From: Leptonemataceae bacterium
GTDB lineage: Bacteria; Spirochaetota; Leptospiria; Leptospirales; Leptonemataceae
Assembly: GCA_965227295.1 (NCBI GenBank)
Contig: OZ245742.1
Coordinates: 3,616,001-3,680,000 of the forward strand
DNA: 64,000 nt
Direction of reading: 5' to 3'
Part shown: positions 1 to 9,668 of the stretch, in pieces
Numbering within the stretch: position 1 is the stretch's first letter
Layout: each line of letters starts with the position of its first letter
Made by a program: the position numbers and the translations under genes
The notes under the pieces: generated by a model
What the model saw: only the letters and a program-made list of their open reading frames with translations
Database searches by the model: none
What the model was told of the DNA's origin: nothing

Positions 1-849
1 CAGGGCCAACTGGAAATTGTAAACTCGCCGCTCTCGGAGTACGCGGTGCTGGGCTTCGAATTCGGCTACTCCCTCGCCGATCCGAAGTCCCTGGTCATCT
101 GGGAGGCGCAGTTCGGAGATTTCGTAAACAGCGCGCAGATCATGATCGATCAGTTCATCTCCAGTTCCGAAACAAAGTGGCGACGCATGAGCGGTCTCGT
201 AATGCTGCTCCCCCACGGATACGAGGGCCAGGGGCCGGAGCACAGCTCGGCGCGCCTGGAAAGATTTCTACAGCTTTGTTCCCAGGAAAACATGCAGGTC
301 TGCAACTGCACTACGCCGGCGCAGTTCTTTCATCTCATTCGCCGCCAGCATTTGCGCCGCTACCGCAAGCCGTTGATCGTAATGTCTCCCAAAAGTTTGT
401 TACGCCTGGCCGACGCCGGTAGCACGCTGGAAGATCTCGGGAAGGGCATCTTTCGTGAAGTCCTGCACGACCACCACATCGATGCAGCGCAGGTCAAACG
501 CGTCCTCTTTTGTTCGGGGAAGGTCTTCTACGATCTGCGCAACGAACGCAACGAAAAGAAGCGCACCGACGTGGCCATCGTTCGCGTGGAGCAGTTGTAC
601 CCGTTTCCCGCGGACGACGTGAAGGGCGCCATCCAGAACTACAAGAACGCAAAAGATTTTCTCTGGGTCCAGGAGGAGCCGCAAAACCAGGGCGCCTGGT
701 ATTACATCCGGGATCGCCTGCACGCGCAGTTACCGGGCAACGCGAAGTTCGAATGCGTCGCCCGTCCCGAATCCTCCAGCCCCGCCGCGGGACTCGTTAC
801 GTTGCACAAGGCGGAACTGGAAACGCTGCTCAAGGATGCACTGGGTTAA
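1..849 (+). CDS. sucA: 2-oxoglutarate dehydrogenase E1 component, C-terminal part (5' truncated by window)
   Basis: Frame open from base 1 (QGQLEIVNSPLSEYAVLGFEFGYS); motifs WEAQFGDF, LLPHGYEGQGPEHSSARLERFLQL, WVQEEPQNQGAW. Confidence 0.97.
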   Translation, partial: QGQLEIVNSPLSEYAVLGFEFGYSLADPKSLVIWEAQFGDFVNSAQIMIDQFISSSETKWRRMSGLVMLLPHGYEGQGPEHSSARLERFLQLCSQENMQVCNCTTPAQFFHLIRRQHLRRYRKPLIVMSPKSLLRLADAGSTLEDLGKGIFREVLHDHHIDAAQVKRVLFCSGKVFYDLRNERNEKKRTDVAIVRVEQLYPFPADDVKGAIQNYKNAKDFLWVQEEPQNQGAWYYIRDRLHAQLPGNAKFECVARPESSSPAAGLVTLHKAELETLLKDALG

Positions 850-863
850 TATAGTAAGAAGAC

Positions 864-1910
864 ATGGGGCTGCGTGTGTACATCTCGACGGCGGGGCGTG
901 CGTGCGTCGTGTGCCTCGCTGTCTGCGTGCATTCGCACTGTTTCTACGCCCATCCGCTGACGGGCATCACCGGCGATGATTCCGGCGGCGACGATCTTTC
1001 CGCCCTGGCATTGCTCGCGGCGGCCGCCGCCGTGCCCGTCGCCGTGAGCGCCGGCGAGAGCGGCACGGACACAACGGACGGCAGCGGCAGCACCACGACT
1101 CCGTACATCTACGTCGGTGACACCGGCAACGGCGTCCTGTATCGCTTCGAAGATCTCAGCGGCACGAATCAAGTCGAGTCCACCGGCGGCAGCGGCAATC
1201 CCTTCGCTACGAACATCGGCGGCATTACGACGGACAAGGACGGCCGCATCTACGTCATCGCCAACAACCGGCTGTATCGCATGGACGATATGAACGCCAC
1301 GAACCGCGTGGACTACGACGGCGGGGCGATGCCGTTCCTGGCGCCGCGGGACGTGCATGTGGACAGCTCCGGTCGCATCTACGTCACCGATAACAACCGT
1401 GACATCGTCTATCAGTTCGACGATATGAGCGGCACGAACCAGATGACCAGCATTGCCGCACTCAGCAATCCCCAGGGTGTGGTGACGGACTCCCTCGGGT
1501 TGATCTACGTCAGCGATTCGGCCTTCAATCAGATCTTTCGTCTGAACGATATCAACGACTCAACGCCCATGTCGTACAACGGCAGTATGGGCACGAACTT
1601 CAGTAGCCCGTTCGATCTGGACATTGACAGCAGCGATCGCATCTACGTGGCCTGCCTGGGCAACGGTCGCATCTATCGCTTCGACGACATTAGCGGCGCG
1701 GGGCACACAGAGTTCAACGCCGGCACTCTCACCACGCCGGCCACGAGTCCGCGCGGTCTGTCCGTCGACGGCAACGGCCGCATTTTGTTTACGGACTTTG
1801 CTCCGGATCTAGTCTATCGCCTCGATGGTATTGGCGGTACCGGCGCTACCGAATACAACGGTAGCGTGACGACGAACTTTATGCAGCCGTTGTACATGCA
1901 TGCGGAATGA
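864..1910 (+). CDS. Secreted/lipoprotein NHL-type six-bladed beta-propeller protein
   Basis: Hydrophobic N-terminus with Cys; six ~43-aa repeats each containing a YRFDD(L/I/M)SG-like motif, most with DxxGRIYV. Confidence 0.75.
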   Translation: MGLRVYISTAGRACVVCLAVCVHSHCFYAHPLTGITGDDSGGDDLSALALLAAAAAVPVAVSAGESGTDTTDGSGSTTTPYIYVGDTGNGVLYRFEDLSGTNQVESTGGSGNPFATNIGGITTDKDGRIYVIANNRLYRMDDMNATNRVDYDGGAMPFLAPRDVHVDSSGRIYVTDNNRDIVYQFDDMSGTNQMTSIAALSNPQGVVTDSLGLIYVSDSAFNQIFRLNDINDSTPMSYNGSMGTNFSSPFDLDIDSSDRIYVACLGNGRIYRFDDISGAGHTEFNAGTLTTPATSPRGLSVDGNGRILFTDFAPDLVYRLDGIGGTGATEYNGSVTTNFMQPLYMHAE

Positions 1911-3018
1911 GATGATTTGCCGGCGGTAGACGTCTCACGAGCTCATACATCTCTCGATCGCATTGTCTCATGTATAACAGGAAGATCGAAGGACGCGCGA
2001 GGATTGGTTCATCTGGGGAGGTCGAACGCAGGATAACAGCCAATTCTGACACGACTCTCTGTACTTGACGTAGTGTCGGACTAAACACCCTTGTCCAATG
2101 GTCCATGGCATCAGGCAGAGTATCCATCTGCCTGTGGCCGAATCTAAAGCCATGCCGCGTATATAATTCTCGGAGGAATATGTCTGTCTGTGACGGCGGC
2201 AGCAGATAATCAAAATCAATGAACCGCATCAAGTACCCGTCCACATTCATCCCCGTGCCGTATACCGATCGAATCGAATGCCCCAACTGCTCTTTATCCA
2301 GCGCCAGCACAAACACGATCCCAGGAATCGCAAACAGATGCTTTGCCTTTTCCAGCACTTCAATAGCGTAATTCGGCCGGCAGCGATCCAGCTCATCGAT
2401 AAAAAACACCAGCGGATTAGAGTTGCCTTTGATCGATTGCACGAACTCCACGAATTCCTGTAAGGATTTCTTGAATTCCTGGAATGCTTCCTTCGATTTC
2501 TCGTAATCATCAAACAGTTCTTCGACATACTCCGCGCCGGCATCTCCGACCGCGGAACCCACCGCATCGTCCAGGTCTTTGTCGGGAATGTTGATCAACC
2601 CGCTCGATAATATGCGGATCAGGGCCGGCAGCCCGCGTTTGATGAGCTTGCCCCCATGCTTGCGAAGGAGCCCCAGGGATTGTCGGGCTTTCTCCTGCAC
2701 GGCATCGTCACGGCCCCGGAGCTCCGCCATGGCCGCCTCGATTTCCGAAATCAAAGCCACCAGCGCATCATCCGTGAAATCACTCTCCCACGCGTTGAAA
2801 TACAACGTCGGAAAACCCTCCAGCTTAAGGTGCGCGTTCCACATCTTAATGAACGTGGATTTGCCCGTACCCCAGGGCGAATCAATTGCCAGCACGGCGC
2901 TGGCTTCGAGGGATTGCACAAACGTCGTCAGAATCTCCGCACTTTCCCTGCGATCCAGTGCGTCGTTTCCAAATGGATCATCCGGATCAATCTCCAACGG
3001 TTCTACTTTCAGGCGCAT
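1879..3018 (-). CDS. KAP-family P-loop NTPase, possibly C-terminally truncated
   Basis: Walker A AIDSPWGTGKST, FNAW motif, Walker B VFFIDELDRC, LEKAKHLF, YLMRFIDF. Confidence 0.85.
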   Translation of the reverse strand: MRLKVEPLEIDPDDPFGNDALDRRESAEILTTFVQSLEASAVLAIDSPWGTGKSTFIKMWNAHLKLEGFPTLYFNAWESDFTDDALVALISEIEAAMAELRGRDDAVQEKARQSLGLLRKHGGKLIKRGLPALIRILSSGLINIPDKDLDDAVGSAVGDAGAEYVEELFDDYEKSKEAFQEFKKSLQEFVEFVQSIKGNSNPLVFFIDELDRCRPNYAIEVLEKAKHLFAIPGIVFVLALDKEQLGHSIRSVYGTGMNVDGYLMRFIDFDYLLPPSQTDIFLRELYTRHGFRFGHRQMDTLPDAMDHWTRVFSPTLRQVQRVVSELAVILRSTSPDEPILARPSIFLLYMRQCDREMYELVRRLPPANHLIPHACTTAA

Positions 3019-3186
3019 GATGAATGACTGAAACGAACTGTGAATCTGTCAACACCGTAGCAAAGCCGGGGCATCGCCCGATCCAGAGTCGCACAATGAG
3101 CGTCCGGGCCGAAGAGAGGCATTCTCAGCAAAACGACATGCCGCAACTCCCGCCAGCCGTAGCCAGAAAAACGGCGCACCCGACCA

Positions 3187-3708
3187 TCATTCTGAAATGC
3201 GATGCACGTTTGCGGCGCCGTGTTCGTACACCAACTTCCCGCCCAGATGCGCGGTATACGCGCACCAGCCGAGCAGTAAGATCTGCACAAATACAGTTAA
3301 GACCCGCAGGGCCAGGCGTCCCGTGTCGTGTTTGAACTTCAGCGCCAGAGCGGCCAGGAAGAACGAGGCGATGGTGCCCACGAGCAGCGTGGAGGCCGCT
3401 TCCTCGTGCTCTTCGACGTGCTGGAGGATGTTCGGTTCGATGCCGGCCCGCTGTAGTTTCGTGGTGTCCACGGAATCCCGGGCCAGGGCGCCCAGGCGAT
3501 CCTCGTCGATCTCGCCCGTGGCCATGGCCGCGTAGATCAACGCGGCCTGAAAAAATTGCCAGGCGAGGACGACCGCCCAGATTTTCCGATCCACCGCCTG
3601 GCCGGACTTACGGGAGACGAGCAGGGCGCCCAGACCGACCAGAGGGGCGAACAGTGCGAACGCAATAGGCAGATGCACGACGGCGGGATGCAGTGGTAAA
3701 TCGAACAT
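3187..3708 (-). CDS. DUF2231-like membrane protein
   Basis: Start re-placed at ATG 3708 (MFDLPLHPAVVHLPIA); HP-x-x-VH motif, TG..E, HEE, C-terminal HLGGKLVYEHG. Confidence 0.75.
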   Translation of the reverse strand: MFDLPLHPAVVHLPIAFALFAPLVGLGALLVSRKSGQAVDRKIWAVVLAWQFFQAALIYAAMATGEIDEDRLGALARDSVDTTKLQRAGIEPNILQHVEEHEEAASTLLVGTIASFFLAALALKFKHDTGRLALRVLTVFVQILLLGWCAYTAHLGGKLVYEHGAANVHRISE

Positions 3709-3750
3709 TTTGCATTTGACAGGTCGGCCGTCACCGGGCCCACTCACCGA

Positions 3751-4212
3751 ATGAAAGCAACGTTCCGTACAAGCCTGTTGATTGCAATCGCCCTTTTCGT
3801 ATCCACCCCGCTTTTCGCGCAGAAGACTCCCGACCAGTACATCCAGGATCTGAACTCCGACGATCCCGTGGTCCAGATGGAAGCCTGCCGCGCCCTGGGC
3901 ATCGCTGAAGAGAAAAAGGCCGTGGGTCCCCTGACGCAGCTCATGGAAAGCGCCCCGGACAAACATGTCGCCGCCTCCGCCGCTGCGGCCCTCGGCGCCA
4001 TCGGCGATAAGTCCGCCGCCCCGGCCGTGGTTCGCACCGCCAACCAGAGCGACGACGACGTCGTGAAGTATGCCGCCCTCCTGGCCGCCGCCGCACTGAA
4101 AGACGACGGCAACAAAGCGGACGCCGTGGCCGCCGCCGAAAAAATGGAAGGCTCCAACGACGAACTCCTGAGCGACCTGGCCCTCAAAATCAAAGCCGTC
4201 CTTCAGAAGTAA
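3751..4212 (+). CDS. Secreted HEAT-repeat protein
   Basis: Signal peptide; repeats VQMEACRALG, VAASAAAALG, VKYAALLAA. Confidence 0.75.
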   Translation: MKATFRTSLLIAIALFVSTPLFAQKTPDQYIQDLNSDDPVVQMEACRALGIAEEKKAVGPLTQLMESAPDKHVAASAAAALGAIGDKSAAPAVVRTANQSDDDVVKYAALLAAAALKDDGNKADAVAAAEKMEGSNDELLSDLALKIKAVLQK

Positions 4213-4240
4213 GTCGTCACTCCCAGACAACGAGGCCGTT

Positions 4241-5029
4241 CTGCTTCGCCGGGAAGAACTCAGCCGCTACTCGCGGAACATCTTCCTTGAGGAGATCGGC
4301 CGCGCGGGACAGGAACGTCTCAAGGCGTCCCGGGTCTTTGTCATCGGTGCCGGAGGCCTCGGGTCTCCGGCATTGTTGTACCTGGCTGCCGCCGGGGTCG
4401 GTCACATCAGCGTCATCGACGATGATCGTCTCGACCTCACGAACCTCCAGCGCCAGGTCCTCTACAGCAGCGCTGATGTGGGTGAGGCCAAGGCCGTCGC
4501 GGCGGCCCGGCATTTGATCGAGCTGAACCCCGAAATCGAAGTCCAGCCCATTGCCGACCGCCTGGACGCGAACAACGCCGCCGCTTATCTGCGCGGCCAC
4601 GACCTCATCCTTGAAACCTCCGATAATTTCGGGACCAAGTTCCTGGCGAACGATGCCGCCGTACTTCTGGGCATTCCGCTCATTCTCGGCGGCATTCTGC
4701 GTTTTGAGGGGCAGGTTCTGGCGCTCCGGCCGGGAGAGTCGGCGTGTTATCGCTGCCTGTTTCATGAACCGCCGCCGGCGGACGTCGTGCCCAATTGCGC
4801 CCAGGCCGGCGTGCTTGGCGCCACCGCCGGAGTCATCGGTTCGCTCCAGGCCGCGGAAGCCCTGAAGATCCTGAGCGGGGCGGCCGCGCCACCCTACGGT
4901 GAGCTCGTTACGCTGCATCTGCTGGACACCCGGATGCGACGGATTCCATTGCCGCGGCGTGCGGATTGTCCCGTATGCGGGGAGAATCCCACGATTCGTC
5001 ATCTCGTGCCGGAAAATTACGGACACTGA
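4241..5029 (+). CDS. moeB: MoeB/ThiF-family adenylyltransferase (probable CTG start)
   Basis: EELSRYSRN, GQERLK, VIGAGGLG lie upstream of the track start 4373; NLQRQ, CYRC, CPVC motifs; the only plausible start is CTG 4241 after GAGG. Confidence 0.85.
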   Translation: MLRREELSRYSRNIFLEEIGRAGQERLKASRVFVIGAGGLGSPALLYLAAAGVGHISVIDDDRLDLTNLQRQVLYSSADVGEAKAVAAARHLIELNPEIEVQPIADRLDANNAAAYLRGHDLILETSDNFGTKFLANDAAVLLGIPLILGGILRFEGQVLALRPGESACYRCLFHEPPPADVVPNCAQAGVLGATAGVIGSLQAAEALKILSGAAAPPYGELVTLHLLDTRMRRIPLPRRADCPVCGENPTIRHLVPENYGH

Positions 5030-5100
5030 CAGCCGTGATTTTTTCATGCCGAAATAGCATTGCAAGATGCAGCAAAACCTGATACTTCAGCAGGGGTCGT

Positions 5101-5304
5101 ATGGCACACAGGCAGGAAGAAGCCGACGAAATTGACGAAATCGAAGACGATATTGACGAGGACTGGTCCGCCGACGAGGACATCGAAGGCGTAAGCTATG
5201 TCTGCGAGGATTGTGACTATCGCTGGGAAGACAGCGGTATGGACGAAGTCGAAGGCAGCATCGTCTGCCCCATGTGCGGTAGTATTAACGTAACCCAGTT
5301 GTAA
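5101..5304 (+). CDS. Small acidic zinc-ribbon protein
   Basis: Asp/Glu-rich N-terminus followed by CEDC...CPMCGS. Confidence 0.7.
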   Translation: MAHRQEEADEIDEIEDDIDEDWSADEDIEGVSYVCEDCDYRWEDSGMDEVEGSIVCPMCGSINVTQL

Positions 5305-5307
5305 GCC

Positions 5308-5547
5308 TTGATACCGGTCCGACTGACACTCCTCCTTTTATTATTCATCGTGCTGATGTTGCTCGTTCTGGGCAATCCGGCACCGGTGCAGTTGAACTTC
5401 ATTTTCTACAGCGCGCGTTTCGAACTCTACAAGGTCATCATCGGCTCCATGGTTCTCGGAATTCTCGGAACGCTGATTTACACCGGACATGCCCGATCCT
5501 TTCTGCGGTTTAGGGGGCGGCGGGATAACTTCGGCCGCCGCCGCTGA
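5308..5547 (+). CDS. LapA/DUF1049-like small membrane protein
   Basis: TM - N..PVQLNF - TM architecture; TTG start. Confidence 0.65.
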   Translation: MIPVRLTLLLLLFIVLMLLVLGNPAPVQLNFIFYSARFELYKVIIGSMVLGILGTLIYTGHARSFLRFRGRRDNFGRRR

Positions 5548-5559
5548 GCGAGAACGGTC

Positions 5560-6216
5560 CTGGATTCCTTACGCATTCAAAAGGGTCGTTACGGTGGCCG
5601 CAAGATCAAAGCGCCCCCCGCGGTCAGCGGGAATTCTCATCTTACCTTGAGCCTGGTCAAAGAGGCGGTCTTTCAGATCCTTGCCGGTCGACTGGCAAGC
5701 GGTGCCGACGACGACTTCAGCGAAAGCGGCTGCGCCTTCTTTGATGTCTGTGCCGGTTCCGGGCAGATGGGCTTCGAGGCGCTCAGTCGCGGTTTTGCTC
5801 CCGTACATCTTACAGAAGTGGACGGTGGTCGCCTGCGCCATCTCATCAGTGAAGCGAAGCGCGGAGATTACGGCCTGGAAATCCATCGCCGGGACTTTCG
5901 CCGCACGGCCCCGCTGATTCTGACCGAGGCGCGGAGCGTGGTCTTCGTGGATCCGCCGTACAGCTTCTGGAACCGCGGTCGTTCAGAAGCCGTGGACCGA
6001 TTGCTCTATAATCTACGCCATCCTTCCGAAGAAGTGCGCGAGCGCATGCCGACGAGCGTTGACGTGCACTTCGTCGTGCATGGTCCCGACGAGTACGAGC
6101 CGTCACCGGAGGTCCTGCCGGACGATGAAACAGCCCTGCTCCATGTGTCCGATCTGGAACGCCGGGACTATCGTCGCCAGCGCCTGGTATTTCTCAGACT
6201 AAGGACGAACTTGTAA
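5560..6216 (+). CDS. rsmD: RsmD-family 16S rRNA m2G966 methyltransferase (probable CTG start)
   Basis: LRIQKGRYGGRKI N-terminal motif upstream of the track start; KEAVF, DVCAGSGQMGFEALSRG, FVDPPY. Confidence 0.8.
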   Translation: MDSLRIQKGRYGGRKIKAPPAVSGNSHLTLSLVKEAVFQILAGRLASGADDDFSESGCAFFDVCAGSGQMGFEALSRGFAPVHLTEVDGGRLRHLISEAKRGDYGLEIHRRDFRRTAPLILTEARSVVFVDPPYSFWNRGRSEAVDRLLYNLRHPSEEVRERMPTSVDVHFVVHGPDEYEPSPEVLPDDETALLHVSDLERRDYRRQRLVFLRLRTNL

Positions 6217-6320
6217 CACAGTTGACGTTTGCGCGGCGCACAAAAATCATGACGCGGCGCGCCCCGGTCGTCACTTTCGTGTCGCCCCCGTTCACTTCAC
6301 ACTCTTACGCCGATTCAAAA

Positions 6321-7892
6321 ATGGACACCATCTTATATATACTACTGGGAGTGTACTTCCTCGACATCCTGCTGCTCTTTGCGTTCGGCCTGCACGCCTT
6401 CTTAATGATTGCGTTGTCCCGTCGCCGCAGGGAGCACTGTATGGCCGGTGAAACGGACCCGGCGGCGACGGCGCGTGAGTTGCCTGTCGTTACCGTCCAG
6501 CTTCCCATCTACAACGAGTACTACGTCATTGATCGTCTCATCGAAGGAGCGGTGGCTCTGGACTGGCCGCGTAAGAAACTCGAAATCCAGGTTCTCGACG
6601 ATTCCACCGATGCCACGCGTGAAAAGACCGCCGAACTCGTAGAGCAGTATCGCCGCCAGGGCTTCAATATCCAACATCTGCACCGTACGGATCGTACCGG
6701 TCACAAGGCCGGCGCGCTCAAGGCCGGTCTGGCCAGGGCCAGGGGTCGTTTCGTTGCCGTCTTCGACGCGGACTTCGTTCCATCGCCCGAATTTTTGCGC
6801 AAGACCGTCCCGTACTTCGACGACCCGGAGATCGGCATGGTGCAGACCCGCTGGGGTCACATCAACGAGGACTACTCGCTGCTGACGAAGGCGCAATCCA
6901 TCGGCATTGACGGCCACTTCATGATCGAACAAACCGCGCGCAATGCTTCGGAGCTGTGGATGAACTTCAACGGCACCGGTGGTATCTGGCGCAAGCAGTG
7001 CATCCTCGAAGCGGGCAACTGGCAGGCGGACACCCTGACGGAAGACTTCGACTTATCTTATCGAGCGCTACTGGCCGGCTGGAAGTTCCGCTACTTCAAA
7101 GACCTCACGAATCCCGGCGAGATTCCGCCGACGGTGCAGGCATTCAAGTCCCAGCAGTTCCGCTGGTGCAAGGGCTCGATTCAGACCGCCGTTAAATTGC
7201 TGCCGCGCATTCTGACGGCCGACGTCAACTGGAAGATCAAAGCCGAGGCCGTGGTCCATCTGCTCTCGTATACCATGCACCCGCTCATGATTCTGAACAT
7301 CCTGTTTGCCCTGCCGTTGTTGCTCATGGGCGAATGGACGAACCATCAACTGAGCGACGTCTCCATGGTTGCCATCCTCGGAGTCGTGGCGTTCATGAGC
7401 GTTGGCACCTTCGGTCCCATCGTTTTCTACATTGTTTCGCAGCGGGACCTGCATCCGGATCGCTGGGTGCGCCGCATGATCTGGTTGCCCTTCTTGATGA
7501 TGATCGGCATCGGCGTGGCTGTTTCGAATACCCGCGCCTGGCTTGAAGGCATTACCGGCCGCCGCTCGGCGTTCATTCGTACGCCGAAGCTCCGCATTGA
7601 GTCGAAGAAAGATCGCGTGGGTGATCGCAAGATGTACACGATTCCCCTCGATCCGCTCGTGGCCGTGGAATTCCTGATGGGCGTCTACTGCGTTGTCTGT
7701 GGCTACTTTGCTTTTCTTACGCGACCCATGCTCGTTCCGTTTATGGTGATTTACGCCGCTGGCTTCTTTTACGTGTCGATCCTCTCGATCCGTGAAGCCC
7801 TGGCGTCGCGGGAAATCGTGCGACCGAAGCAGCGTCCTTCGTCCACGTCCGCGCCGTCCGCGGAGAGCTTTGCTTCGCGGAACGCCGCCTGA
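6321..7892 (+). CDS. Processive glycosyltransferase family 2 (CESA-like), membrane-bound
   Basis: VQLPIYNE, VLDDS, KAGAL, FDAD, TED and QQFRW motifs; N- and C-terminal TM helices. Confidence 0.9.
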   Translation: MDTILYILLGVYFLDILLLFAFGLHAFLMIALSRRRREHCMAGETDPAATARELPVVTVQLPIYNEYYVIDRLIEGAVALDWPRKKLEIQVLDDSTDATREKTAELVEQYRRQGFNIQHLHRTDRTGHKAGALKAGLARARGRFVAVFDADFVPSPEFLRKTVPYFDDPEIGMVQTRWGHINEDYSLLTKAQSIGIDGHFMIEQTARNASELWMNFNGTGGIWRKQCILEAGNWQADTLTEDFDLSYRALLAGWKFRYFKDLTNPGEIPPTVQAFKSQQFRWCKGSIQTAVKLLPRILTADVNWKIKAEAVVHLLSYTMHPLMILNILFALPLLLMGEWTNHQLSDVSMVAILGVVAFMSVGTFGPIVFYIVSQRDLHPDRWVRRMIWLPFLMMIGIGVAVSNTRAWLEGITGRRSAFIRTPKLRIESKKDRVGDRKMYTIPLDPLVAVEFLMGVYCVVCGYFAFLTRPMLVPFMVIYAAGFFYVSILSIREALASREIVRPKQRPSSTSAPSAESFASRNAA

Positions 7893-8857
7893 GCGACCTC
7901 AGCCGGTACCCACTGCTCGTTTTCTCCGCGGCACGGTGTACCCTCTACGATCAGGCCGACGCCTGGAGCTATCCGGCGCGGATTTCATTCGCACAGACCG
8001 CACAGCAGCGCCGGCAACTTCTTGAGGAAAGCGAGGAGGTGCTCGCGCGCTCCGGGCCCCCGCTCTCGAAAGAAGATTTTCGTAAGCTTACCTGGCGCCC
8101 CGGTTCCGAATCCGCCGCCTTTCTACGCCTGGTGCATCGCCGGGCTCTGGGGGCCGGCGGACTGCGATTCTCCGGCCTGGAAAATCCGCCGCTGGAGTCG
8201 TTGCGGCTCCACGGCGCCGAAGGTGAGGATTGGGCCGCGGCCTTTCCCATCGTGCGCATGAACGAACGCTCTCATCTTACCGACGAAGAGCATGACTTTC
8301 GCAGCCCGGTCCGGCGACGGATTCTCATCTACGTCAACCCGGCCGGGGAACCTGCATTGCCCGAGGCCGCGCGGGAAGGACAGGAGATCCTTGCATTGCT
8401 GGAAGCCGCCGGGCCCGGCCTGGAAGTACGTTACATCGCGCGCAACTTGAGCGAACACGAATGGTTCGAGGCCGTCGCCGATGCGGACGTCGTCCTGTAC
8501 TTCGGTCACGGCCGAAACATCGGCGGGTATCCGGCGATTCCCCTGGGGGCTCGCGGGACGGTGGACGGCTATGCACCGTTTTTTCCGGGCACCGTACTGG
8601 GCGGCCCTGAACCATCACTTTTTGTATTTGCGGCCTGCCTCCCGGATGCCGGCGAGCTGTCCTTCGACCGCCAGGGGACCTTCGTCTATCCAGTCTGTCG
8701 GATTGCCGACCGGCCCTCGCGTTTTGTGCGGGATTTTTGCGAGCAGCTCTTCGTCGGCGAGTCTGCCGGGAGTCCCGCGCTGGCCTTTCACACGGCGTGC
8801 CGTCGGGACCGGGAACACGGCGACATCCGGCGGTTTCTGTTCCGGCTCCAGGGCTAG
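7889..8857 (+). CDS. CHAT/caspase-like domain protein; start uncertain (CTG 7889 or GTG 8039)
   Basis: LPEAAREGQEI, DVVLYFGHG and LFVFAAC resemble the CHAT His/Cys motifs; frame open from 7889. Confidence 0.55.
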   Translation: MSDLSRYPLLVFSAARCTLYDQADAWSYPARISFAQTAQQRRQLLEESEEVLARSGPPLSKEDFRKLTWRPGSESAAFLRLVHRRALGAGGLRFSGLENPPLESLRLHGAEGEDWAAAFPIVRMNERSHLTDEEHDFRSPVRRRILIYVNPAGEPALPEAAREGQEILALLEAAGPGLEVRYIARNLSEHEWFEAVADADVVLYFGHGRNIGGYPAIPLGARGTVDGYAPFFPGTVLGGPEPSLFVFAACLPDAGELSFDRQGTFVYPVCRIADRPSRFVRDFCEQLFVGESAGSPALAFHTACRRDREHGDIRRFLFRLQG

Positions 8858-8904
8858 ACCGCGAATCGCTTTGACAATATTTCCGGACGCCTTAGAAGCG
8901 TCCC

Positions 8905-9291
8905 ATGGTTTCGGGTTCCTTCTTTAATGATTCTGTTCATATGCGCGATGCGTCGCGTCAGAAGCGCAAGATGGCCCGTACGACGGTCAGCCTCAGCGGC
9001 GAGTATCTCGTCGGAAACGATGATCGCCCCGTGGAATGCAGCATCACCGATATTGGCACCGGTGGCCTGTCCATGCTCACCAGAACCTCCATGTATGTCG
9101 GCGATGCCGTGCGTGTGCGTCTGCGCCTCGGCAGCGAATCCCTGGAGCTGGCCGGTCAGGTCGTACGGGTCACAGGCAAGACCGTCGGCGTGCAGTTCAC
9201 CCGCATCGACGAGGAGCAGCTGGAAAAGATCCAGGCGTACATCCACACGACATTCTTCCAGGATCCGAAGGATTCGCGGAAAAACCGTTGA
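8905..9291 (+). CDS. PilZ-domain c-di-GMP receptor
   Basis: RKMAR (RxxxR) and DIGTGG (DxSxxG-like) motifs; VVRV...VGVQF. Confidence 0.85.
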   Translation: MVSGSFFNDSVHMRDASRQKRKMARTTVSLSGEYLVGNDDRPVECSITDIGTGGLSMLTRTSMYVGDAVRVRLRLGSESLELAGQVVRVTGKTVGVQFTRIDEEQLEKIQAYIHTTFFQDPKDSRKNR

Positions 9292-9370
9292 CCCGCGAAG
9301 CGTTGGTTCACAATCTGGCTGTTTCGTACCCTCCCGCACATACGCGGTCATCATTCAGGAGTCATTCTAC

Positions 9371-9667
9371 ATGCCGGCAGGTGAAAAGGTTTACTGCGCC
9401 AATTGCGCTCATTGCATCGTCGTCCGCCAGTACGAGGCGGAGCACGATAAGTACATTCTCCGCGTTCGTTGCAACAAGAAGAAGTGGTCTAAACGCTCCG
9501 GTGAAGAGAAACTCTACAAGTACTTCACCGTTGCACGGCGTATGCAACCGAACTGTGAAGACTATCAGGAGATGGGGGACTTGCTTCCGTACATTAAGAA
9601 CCTCAAGAAAGAGCTCCCGATCAAAGACGAGATCTACGTGGTGAAAAAACCCGTACGATCTTCCTGA
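9371..9667 (+). CDS. Small basic Cys-containing hypothetical protein
   Basis: ATG 9371 after AGGAG; KVYCANCAHC plus two further Cys; host-like codon usage. Confidence 0.7.
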   Translation: MPAGEKVYCANCAHCIVVRQYEAEHDKYILRVRCNKKKWSKRSGEEKLYKYFTVARRMQPNCEDYQEMGDLLPYIKNLKKELPIKDEIYVVKKPVRSS

Positions 9668-9668
9668 A

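Noticed and set aside
3709..4230. N-terminal extension of the 347-aa minus ORF
   Set aside because: Antisense to the HEAT-repeat gene; the family motif begins at ATG 3708.
4241..5029. ThiF/E1 gene as part of a CBASS or ubiquitin-like defence system
   Set aside because: Ordinary MoeB-type sequence in a housekeeping run; no E2, JAB or cyclase adjacent.
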